NCBI GenBank assembly: GCA_028534125.1
Contig: CM052816.1
Coordinates: forward strand, 24,306,001 to 24,370,000
Length of the DNA: 64,000 bases
Reading direction: 5' to 3'
Source: Lama glama
Taxonomy: Eukaryota
In this document: in pieces, positions 1 to 9,970 of the stretch
How positions within the stretch are numbered: position 1 is the first letter of the stretch
Layout of the letters: every line of letters starts with the position of its first letter
Translations under genes and position numbers: made by a program
The notes under the pieces: model-generated
What the model saw: only the letters and a program-made list of their open reading frames with translations
What the model was told of the DNA's origin: nothing
Databases searched by the model: none

Positions 1-659
1 ACTTACCTTGGATGGTTTTAATTACTGAGTTTGACTCACAGTCAGGGCTGAGTAACCACAGGGCAGCTGCAGTGCAGGTCCTCAGCAGCCGTTTCTCCAC
101 ATTCACACAACCATCCCTAGGAGACTCTCTCCCTTCCTGGTCTTTGGCTTTTGGTCACTTTCATGGGCCACCGGATGGCAAATAAAGCCGTCCTACCCGG
201 CCCAAGGAACATCAGTTTTTATTGGAAGCTTAAAAGCCTTGGAAACCCAGGGGAATAAATCCCTAACTAATGCACTTCCGGCTCCCGAAGCAGGAAAAAG
301 CCGAGCTGGCCCTACTTTTCTCATTCTGCCTCCCCCAGTCCCCAAAGCTCACAGAAAGTTTCCTGGTGAAGCAGGGACCTCCAAACTTTTTAACTGGCGC
401 CCTCAGGAAGAAATTTTACATGGCAACGCAGTAACCCAGCACACAAATACAAAACAAAACTTACCTTGCAACGTACAATGGGCTCCGGTGCTCCCCCCAC
501 CATTCCATTTAATTCTTTTTCTTTTTGCACTGCTCAAGACTCACTAAGCTGTTTTCACACCCCACTGGAGGGTCACCATGCAGAGTATGAAAAACACTAT
601 CCTAGACTAGAGAAATAGCAGGGTTTTAAGGTGGGAAGAAGCTACAGAGACAGCTCCTC

Positions 660-905
660 CCGGTAGAACGTGCGCGCCTGCCCCGTGGCGCGCCCGCGCG
701 GGGTCCCGTGCTGAGCAATTCTGAGGAGCTGGTCCTGCTAGGCGCCTCACCTGCAGCTGCACAACCGCCCCAGGAGATCCGAGTCCTTGCATTACCCTGA
801 CTTACAGATGAGGCTCAGCTGAGGTTGGAAGCTTGCCTGAGGTTCCCCCAACTGGTGGAGCCAGAATTCAAATAACCTGGCTCTGACCCCACCCCCACAC
901 TCCTA
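660..905 (-). mobile_element. MIR SINE remnant, unusually GC-rich
   Basis: Core ttacagatgagg..ctgagg..cttgcctgaggtt..ggagccagaattcaaa matches antisense MIR. Confidence 0.55.
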
Positions 906-1267
906 ACCTTGACACTGCCTGCCCAAAGCCCACTGGTAGCCACCATTGCCCTTGGGGTCAAGTGGAACCTCTTACCTCTCCAGCTTCATTCTTCTCTCCC
1001 CCCTCCCATTTTGCACTGTAGCCTTAAGGAACTTCCCTCGGCTGCTGTGCTCAAACGAGCTGGGTATTCTCACAAGTTGTTACTTCTCCCTGGATTTTTC
1101 TCCTCATTATTTAGGTCTCAGCTTAAACCTCATTTCCTCCAGGATACCTTTTCTGAATGCCTTTGTCCACCCCCCACAACAATAAGTGTCTCCTTTTATG
1201 CTCTCAGACCACTCTGTGCTTTCTCCGTCCTAGCACGTGTGCCATCCTATTATTTTGCTTCCATAGC

Positions 1268-1466
1268 CAGTGGTGTGCTGGTAAAAGTTCAACAACCAGC
1301 TCTCTAGGAAAGAGGGGAAGGGACAGTGATTTGTAGCATTTGCCAGTTTCTAGCGCAAATACTTAACACCTCTGCCAATTTCAAGCCATCAGCCTGGCTT
1401 CACTGAACATGGAGTTGGAAAGAAATTGGTGAGAATTGGAAAGAAGCTAGTTCCAGCACACCATTG
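1268..1466. mobile_element. MER63-like hAT MITE, within an L2-like remnant
   Basis: 14-bp terminal inverted repeats cagtggtgtgctgg (1268-1281) and ccagcacaccattg (1453-1466). Confidence 0.75.
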
Positions 1467-2134
1467 GACCTCTGTCTTGTCGTCTCTGACCCGTGGGAGA
1501 GGAGGGATCATCTTTGACTTGCTGACCTTTGTATATCAAATTAGTGAAAATAAAAAGGGAGGAAAAGGCAGTCAAGAAAAGGGACTGGTATTCTGAGAAA
1601 TACTAAGATAGTCACAGTAAGTAAAGAAGGAATGGGAGAGGAAAAGATAAATGCTGTATGTGGTAAAAAATAACAACCAACAACCACCCTTCCTTATAAA
1701 TTATAAAGTGCTTCCATATGGCTTATGTCATTTGACCATTTGCTCAGAAATGTTATAAGGATAGCTGTTATTCAGTAGGTAAAGAAACTGTGTCTCCCAG
1801 AGGTGAAGTGATCTAATAGGGGGTCACATAGTTCACACAGCTCACACCTGAGCCCAAGGTTCCCTGGGCTCTAGCCCCATGTTCCTTTATTATTCAGGCT
1901 GACTTCCCACATCAACATACCTGCTCACAGTGTGAAAGCAGGTATTTGGACACATGCAGGGAGTGGAATGGGGAGGGTAATAGTGCTGGGAAGGGCGGAG
2001 ATGCCCACGTATGACAAACGTGTGTGTGTACGTGTGCACATGGGCCAGCACATGTGACACGGTGTCTTGAGAAAGGAACACCACGGGAGTGACCGAGCTG
2101 TTAGTGCAAGATCCCCTGCTATTGGGAGGCGGGA

Positions 2135-2600
2135 TTGTGAGTGGTTAAGAGCAGAGGTTCAAGAATCTGATACCTGGGTTCACATCCTATTACACCACTT
2201 CATTACGTGACCTTGAGCCTGTCATCTTCTTGTGCCGTGGTTTCCTACTACTAACTACTCCTTTTTCCCACTGTCCTTACCTACCATCCAGTGAAACCAC
2301 AGCCAAGGGAACTGGCTTGGCTTAATCAGCGAGGAAAGAAGACCCTATTGAGCTTGACTCTAGTCTGGCACAGTGAAGAGACATGAGCGGTACACAATAA
2401 ATGGCAGCCCCCCTGCCTCGGCGCCATGCCCTCCAGGGGGCGGAGCAGGGTCCACCGGCCTTGCGGGCTGCCAATGAAATACCACTACTCCGATCATTTT
2501 TCACCAATCCCTACTTCAGAGAACTGACCTGAGGAGTAAATGAGATGATTCATGCTAAATGCTTAGAACAGTGCTAGTCATTGAGTGAACTCTCAGTATT
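2135..2600 (+). mobile_element. MIR SINE interrupted by the 28S fragment (halves about 2135-2246 and 2510-2600)
   Basis: 5' half gtggttaagagc..ctgggttcacatcct..gtgaccttgag..tgtgccgtggtttcct; 3' half cctacttca..tgaggagtaaatgagatgatt..tgcttagaacagtgc. Confidence 0.8.
2265..2510 (+). pseudogene. Degenerate 28S (LSU) rRNA fragment
   Basis: Matches conserved 28S core sequence: ttcccactgtcc..ccacagccaagggaac..gaaagaagaccct(a)ttgagcttgactctagtctggcac..gtgaagagacatga..tgaaataccactactc. Includes a GC-rich expansion segment. Many CpG-type substitutions; no other rDNA nearby. Confidence 0.93.
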
Positions 2601-3139
2601 ATTTTTGTATCTTGTATTACCTTCTCACTTTTTAATCAGTGTTTTCTTTAAGACGCTGGCATGTTTCAGCATCTTTTAGTGATGTGACTCATAGGAAAAG
2701 AAAACCTTGCCAATAGTGTAGTGCTGTTAGTAGGGCTAGAAATGCCACCCAGCATTCGAGCTCAGGAATATTTTGCTGTATTCCTGAGGAAGTTTCAAAA
2801 CATGTCAAAAAACTGTCCTGAGTTAGTCACAGAGTTAGAATGAAAGCCAGTGACCACCTGGACTTGTCTCATAGAAACTTCTGATGATTGCTTTCTCCAT
2901 GTACGTTCACCAGTGGCTTTACAGCGCTTAAGACATGCTTTGCAATGTACAGTGTTTGAATAAAATGTATAGAAACACTAAACTCCATCTAATATAAATG
3001 ACTTGTCCTCTCATGTTTTCTTACCATGTCTCGTGTATACTTATCTGTCTGTGTTTTATTTGTATGTCTGTATCCACAGTCATTACAGTAAATGCCTTTA
3101 GGATAGGGACTACGTTTGCTTTTTTGAAGCAAGAGAATG

Positions 3140-3409
3140 ATCTTTACGTTCTTAAATGGTTTTTAACAAAACTAATACAAAGACTAGTATTTTATGACTT
3201 GTGAAAATTATGTGAAATTAAAAATTCAGTATCTATAAATAACATTTTCTTTAAAGTTCTTTATAGCCACACTTATCCATTTAATATTGCCTATGGCTGT
3301 TTTCATGTTACAATGGCAAAGTTGAGTAGTTCTGACAAAGATCAAATGGCCTGCAAAGCCTGAAATATTTACTCTTTGGCCAGGTACAGAAAAGGCTTGC
3401 CAACTCCTG
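3140..3409 (+). mobile_element. MER58B-like hAT-Charlie DNA transposon
   Basis: Diagnostic gttgagtagtt..tggcctgcaaagcctgaaatatttactctttggcc..acagaaaa..ttgccaactcctg. Confidence 0.75.
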
Positions 3410-4028
3410 GCTTAGGATAACTAGTAGAGCCCCTGAAATGTTCAGGTCCCATCAGTAAATGCTACGATGGCCATAATGAGGCTTTCAGGATTTTCACTGC
3501 TTCTTAAATAACATGGGCAACTGTGGAAACCTTGCTGTGGTGCCCTTTTTTAAAAAGCGACTGAATAGCTCAAAATGCTCAAGAAGACTTGCTTTCAGCC
3601 TCTAAGACAGCTATGAAATTCATTTTAGGTAAGAAGCATGAGGTAGGAAGCTGCGACCTTGAGTCTCAGACAGTACCAGGATTCTATAAACCAGTGATAA
3701 TAACTGATATTGCATGGGGCTATTTAGACTGACTGAGTTGATCTGTTCGTTGTCACCGTAAGATCTCCTCATTGCATGCTTACACCTTACAGGACTTAAC
3801 TCATTTCTTCCCTGGACCTCTTCCACAGGCTGAGTGCCCGGGAATCTGTCTGGGATGGAAACAATAGTGGTGGTGGAGTCAGGGTAACTGCTGGCAGCTC
3901 CACCAACAGAAGGGCCCCCAGACACTTCCATGGTGCTCACTCCAATGAGCCAGCAAATGAATGAATGAATGTGCTTTCCTGGGGCAGGGCCCACATGCAA
4001 ACAGTGACTCTGCCAGAATCTTACTTTA

Positions 4029-4118
4029 CTCTGCATTTTGGGGGGGGCTGGGGAGGTAATTAGGTTTATTTATTTAATTTTCTAAATGGAGGTACTGGGG
4101 ATTGAACCCAAGACCTTG
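4029..4118 (-). mobile_element. 5'-truncated camelid tRNA-derived SINE (Vic-1-like)
   Basis: Minus strand reads ggtcttgggttcaatccccagtacctcca..aaataaataaacctaattacctcccc. Perfect 15-bp TSD cagaatcttacttta at 4014-4028 and 4119-4133. Confidence 0.85.
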
Positions 4119-4753
4119 CAGAATCTTACTTTAATGCTGTCCCAGACCTACATCCAAGTCCGTCCTGCCTTATTCAGATTCTACTCGGTGGGACACTGTT
4201 CTCACACATAACACAGGCTCTGGCTTAAGTTTTGAAAACCCAAGCACAATGCTGAAAACTGTTTCTAACAAGTGTGAATTTTCCCACCTGTTTTTTTTTT
4301 TCTATTTATTACACTTGCTTGTTGGGTAGATGGTGACATTTTTCTCCACAGTTTAGATGACAATTTTTTAAAAATAGGTTTGAACTTCTAATCTTACCTG
4401 CAGTGTTAGAAAGCTGAAATGCAGCTCAGCTCAAAAGGGCTTAAGAGGACAGAGGCCTCGTTTTAACACGTTCAATTCAGCATCTCTCCTTTTCTAGAGA
4501 CTTCAGGAATTGTTCATCATTCTTCCACCAAATTCTGAACATAACATTTCCGAACCAGAATAAGTTATAATGCAGTACTGGTAGTTTTACCTGAATTATA
4601 AAAATTAACTTCTGTTTCTTTTCTAATCAGAACTCACACTCAACACTTCATCTTCTTTCTAAAACAGAATTGGAGGAAATTTTGTGATCTTGTAGTTTTA
4701 CATTTTCCACTACTCACAGTAACATTCATTAGTTTTTGAAAAGCAAAGCTTTA

Positions 4754-4954
4754 GGGGGAGGGTATAGCTCAGTGGTAGAGTGCTTGCCTAGCAAGCATAA
4801 GGTCCTGCGTTCAATCCTCAGTGCCTCCATTTAAAAAAAACAAATAAGTAAAGAAAACTAACTACCCACCCCACAAAAAGTATACAGTGCTATATGTCAA
4901 TTATATTTCAATAAAACTGGGAGAAAAATAAGTTAATTAAGTGAATTTTTTAAA
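4754..4954 (+). mobile_element. Full-length camelid tRNA-derived SINE followed by a short L1-like 3' tail
   Basis: Head ggggagggtatagctcagtggtagag (A box) and gttcaatcc (B box). Imperfect TSD aaaagcaaag at 4739 and 4955. Confidence 0.85.
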
Positions 4955-5055
4955 AAAAGCAAAGTTTCTAAGACTCATCTACTTGAAAACAAAACAAAAC
5001 AAAACAAGAACAAGCAAGCAAATAAATAATACCCAGTTGCACTACAATTGTGATG

Positions 5056-5067
5056 GCCCTCTAGTGG
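5056..5067 (-). promoter_or_regulatory. Candidate CTCF site
   Basis: Minus strand CCACTAGAGGGC matches the CTCF core. Motif only; no occupancy evidence. Confidence 0.45.
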
Positions 5068-5182
5068 AAAGATATCTTTCACTGTTCAGCATAAGAGATC
5101 ACTTTAATTAAGACTTTATTAGTGCTTAGGCAAAAAGGAGATAAAGCACGATCTGCTATGGAATGAGAGGCAGAATTTTTAC

Positions 5183-6066
5183 ATTCAGTTCTTAGTATCT
5201 GTGGATTCTATATTTGAGAATTTACACCTACTTGCTGAAATTTATTTCTAACCCCAAAGTCAATACTTGCAGTGTTTTCATGGTAATATGCAGGTATGCA
5301 CAGAGAAGTGAAAATTTTGAGTCACCCTCTGTGCACCTTCCTAGCCAAGGTCAAACAAGACAGTGCTCTGCTCTGCCTTCTGGTTTGGGTTCTCATATTG
5401 AAGCAGGTGTCTTCTTCGCAGTCTACTTTTGTGTTTTCTATTACTAATGTTGCTTTTCGAAATGGCCCAAGCATAGCACTGAAGTGCTGCCTAGTGTTCT
5501 AAGCACAAGAAGGCTGTGATGTGCCTTATGGAGAAAATATATGTTAGATAAGTCTCATTAAGGCATGACTTATAGTATTGTCAGCCCTCAGTTCAACGTT
5601 AATGAATCAACAACATATAGTAAATAGGGGGGAGGTGGGAGGAAGGGATAAATGGAAGTTTGAGATTTGCAAATATTAACTACTATATATAAAAATAGAT
5701 AAAAACAAATTTCTTCTGTATAGCACAGGGATATTCAATATCTTGTAGTAACCTATAATGAAAAAGAATATGAAAATGAGTATATGTATGTATATGTATG
5801 ACTGAAACTTTATGCTGTACACCAGAAACTGACACATTGTAACTGAATATACTTCAATTTTAAAATATATATATACATATACAGTAAATAAGCTATATTT
5901 AAACAGAAACACACATAAAACAAGGCTATGTATTGACTGATTGACGAAACTGTGACACGAGGCTCACAGGAGCCTGACCTGAATTTCCCCTAGGAGCAAA
6001 GTTTCAGTATTCGCTAATTCAGCATTCTCAACAATTTATAACTACCTCAAATAACAAGATTCAGCC
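5183..6066. mobile_element. MER82-like Tigger DNA transposon interrupted by an L1 3' fragment
   Basis: tgtggattctatatttgagaattt..cctacttgctgaaatttattt..aacccc..tcaatact, and right end cagtattcgctaattcag..ataactac. Confidence 0.65.
5627..5875 (+). mobile_element. L1 3'UTR fragment (cetartiodactyl type)
   Basis: gggataaat..tgtatagcacaggga..tgctgtacaccagaaact..tatacttcaat. Imperfect TSD acatat(ac)agtaaata. Confidence 0.8.
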
Positions 6067-9000
6067 ATATTTGGATTTCATTTCTATTCAAGTCTTATAT
6101 TTGGGGCTTAAGTATCGTTAGTCCAGATAAACCTCTGGCTGTTAAAATTACAACTATATTTTATAATTACAACAATTATTTTCAAAGCACTAACAAGAAT
6201 TGTTTCCAGTCCTTCCAAGATAATTACCACCCTCTATTTTATTTATTAATACTGTACCAGGTTCCAAAAGGAATCATACTGAGGGCTGAATGCCCAGCAC
6301 AGATGATATAGGAAGGGGTTGAGGATAAGGAGGAAATGACAAAACAGGTAGCAGCCAAGGAAGTATTAGTAAGTATTTCCCCATCTCAACCACTTCTGAG
6401 ACCTTTGCCCACCCTGGCCAAGCAGTTTATACCACTTAGGGAAGAAAGGGGGTGGAGGAAAGGGCACGAAGGGTGGGATTATATGGATGAGATGTTGATC
6501 CAGCCTTTTCATACAGGGAAAGTAGAGCCAAGAGGATGGAGTTGTCAATGAATGAATGATATTAATAGTGTTAAAACTGAGGGCCGCCTGTTAAAGTCAA
6601 CCCTAACATAAGGTTATGTTTGTAGTAGAGTTGGATGCTAACAGCAATTTGTACATGGCGCTGTTATTACGCACTATCCAAAAAGTGCAAAACCTCTGGC
6701 AATCTTTATAAGGTTTTCCAAGAAAAAGAGCCATTTGCAACTTTAGTGACTAATGTATCCACAGAATTCACTTTCGTGGGAGGATAATCTTTGATTTCCT
6801 GCCCGACTCCCGAAATACCTAATTTTAATAGCAAAGGAGATCCATGTGGATTTTGTTTGTTGTCTGCAAGAAATAAGGAAAACTATTTATTTTGGCTTCT
6901 GCAAAACTGAGGAAATATTACATTTCCTTCATTGTAATGCACCTGTGAGGTTATTTCTCTCAAACCAGATCCTAATTTTCTGTAATTCAGTAAGACAGCT
7001 CACAGAACTTTCTAGCCCACGGTTCTAAAGTGCTGTGGGGAAAAAATTAAATCATTGCTCAGGATGGGAAGTGGGTGAATTGTGATGCTTAAAAAAATGT
7101 GTGATGATTCACAGATAAAAAGTTTCATCCACAATATGAGCCTTTTGGGAATTCTAAGGAAAGTGATTTAGCTTGAAGGTTTTTAAAATTTATTTTCTAC
7201 TTTTGTGCCCTACTCGTTAAAAAAAAAAAAACAGTTATATGGAATCAAACCAACAGAGTTGAGAATGATGTTCTACTCTCATCTAAGTAAAATGTATGAT
7301 TTTGCAACTGTATATTGTTAAGATTTTTAATCATGGAATCTTGCAACCATTACACACTGTCTTACCCAACCATTAGATACCATGAATTCTTCCTGTTTCC
7401 AAATTTGACTCTTATCAAAAGAATATGTACTTTCCCTTTAAGCTTTCAGTCCTACTCAGTGTTATTAGGACACTTGGGAGTTCTTTTGTGGAATATGCTT
7501 GTCATAACTGGAGAAATCACCTACTTTATTATCTTTCAGGGAAAAGGTTTTCACATTTTTAATTTCCCCTTGCCCTACTCCTCCTTCACACCCCACTCTC
7601 ACCCCAGCCAGAATGACTAAGGGTACCTTGCATCATATATACATTCGATCTGTTTTAAATAACAATAGTGATAACAAGGCACAGAAATTGGGGTCAGAAA
7701 TGGAGTTATCAGGTTCTTCCGCTAACTTTAGGATACTGAGAAAATCGTAAAATCCCTTTGCTTTGGTTTCCTCATACATGAAACAGGTGAAAATGTTCAC
7801 CAGTTCTCATAAGGCCACATGGTTTAAATATACAATTGATGGCCAGATAATTATATAAATTCCAAACAAGAATGTAAGTGATGCTTTAGAAAAACTTGGC
7901 TGGTTATTACAGCTTCTGTTTACACATTTGTCTGCTCTACCAAGGATATGACTCACATTAAGTATATGGGGTTTTAGTCTAAATTGGCATGTTTCTGGTT
8001 AAAAAGAAAAAAGCCAACCACATGTTAATTTAGGGCACACTGTATTTATATGGGGGAAAAAAGGAGAGAGCATCCTGTCTGGTCATTTTGTCTGTCCACT
8101 GTTGACATCCGTGGCTGGCACCCAGGGAGGAGGAGGGGCCGCCAGAGGATACAGTTCTGAACTTGGTGTTGAGGACCGTCAATGACCTTTTGTCACGTTG
8201 GTGCAGAGCTTTGTACTTGGGGGTATTTGCAAATTTCCCACTTCATTTTATTCTGACAACACCCAGGGTAGCTCACAGAGGCAGGTTTGGTTCTCATGTA
8301 TTCCTGATGAAAGAACTGAGGTTGAGGGAAAGGACACACCAGTGGCCCCAGCCAGTCAGCAGCAACGAGCCTGGGGCCTCTGGGGCCTGAACCAGGGGTC
8401 TTCCCACCAAGCAGCCGTTTCCTGGGGCGGGCTGCCACGGGCGGGGTTTGTCGAATTTCCTTCCCTAGAGATCTGTAATGTCATGTCTGCACCTATGGAC
8501 TCAAAGAAATACTTTGGGCTGCTTTTTGGATTATTTATGAAGAGGGCGTGTGCTTTTTTTGAATGTTGGTTTGGCTTACTCTGGTTTGGTTTTTGTGCTT
8601 ATTGTTTGTTTTCTCAGGAGGTGGTTTAACATGCTTCCCCTCCTGAGGCTTCTAAAATGATACTTGTTCTTCTTTTTTTTCTGAATATGATAAAAATACA
8701 TTTTATAAAATACAGAAAGGCTAGACAATAAAATTAAAATAAGAGAAACTTATTGCCCAGAGAGAACCACTGTTCACATATTGATATACCATCCTTCTGT
8801 CTTTGGTAGTTGAAATTATAGGTATAAATATGTGTATATTGTACTTTTTTTCCCCACATAGCCTTATGTTGTATTATGTTGTATTTTCAGTGCCATTAAA
8901 TGTCGATTATAAAACTATATTTATGGTCTCAAATAATATGTTATATGGAAATACAGTACTATATGGAAGTACTGTATTTATTTAACCTTTCGCCAGCTGT

Positions 9001-9449
9001 TGGACAGTTGTCTTGTGCTACTAAAGGGAATGCTGCAATGTATAAAAGAGCACTGCAGATTGTGCATAAGTCATCGTCTGCATTTCTGATTATGTCCCTA
9101 AAATAGATTCTGCAAGAAGCAGTTCAAACATTGTGTTCTAAAAAATAGATTCCTAAAAGGAAGGCACAACCATTTTAAGGCCATTGATAGACACTTTCCA
9201 AACGCTTTTCGATGTGTGTGAGGATTCATCCCATGCTGAGAAGAACCTGTGTCTTCTCTGTCCAGCACACCCGTGTCATCTACTCTCTTACTGTGTGATC
9301 AGGGATCATGGATTACTTTTTACATAGCCTGACCATCAGTTGGAAGGTAATTGGGAATTTGCTTCAGTTTTACTTTATGGATCTTAAAGCCAAATATACA
9401 TGTGTATACATACATATATTTGGATTATCAGCTCTTTGGTGCTTCCTGC

Positions 9450-9970
9450 TATATTAGTCAGTTCTCTCCAGAGAAACATAACCAATAGGACAGGAGGGAG
9501 GTAGATAGATAGATAGACAGATAGCTGGACAGAGAGACAGACATCTGGATAGAGATTTATTATAATGAATTGGCTCACACAGTTATGGAAGCTGACAGCC
9601 CCAAGATCTACTGAGTGAGTTGGCAAGCTGGAGAGCCAGGAGAGTCAATGGTGTTAGCTCCCTTCCAAAGGCTGGCAGGTTTCAGACCTAAGGAGAGCCA
9701 ATGTTTTATTTCAAGTCTGAAGGCAGGAAAAAAACTGATGTCCCAGCTCAAAGGCAGGTAGGCAAGAGGAATTTCCTCTTATTCAGGAGTCAGCCTTTAG
9801 TTTTATTCACATCCTCTTTAGGGAAGGCTATCTGCTTTGCTCAGTCTATCGATTTAAATGTTAAACTCATCCAAAAAAATACCCTTACAGAAACACTCAG
9901 AATGATATTTGACCAAATACCTGGGCACCTTGTGGCCCAGTCAAGCTGACACATAAAGTTAACCGTCACA
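9450..9970 (-). mobile_element. MLT2B-like ERVL solo LTR
   Basis: Ends tatattagtc..tctccagagaaaca and ggcccagtcaagctgacacataaagttaaccgtcaca. 5-bp TSD cctgc/cctac; internal (GATA/GACA)n. Confidence 0.85.

Noticed and set aside
2265..2510. Functional rRNA gene
   Set aside because: Only about 245 bp, mutated and isolated from other rDNA.
4754..4830. tRNA gene (also 17094-17168)
   Set aside because: The tRNA-like head continues into a shared SINE body with TSDs, and several copies occur in the window. It is a SINE.
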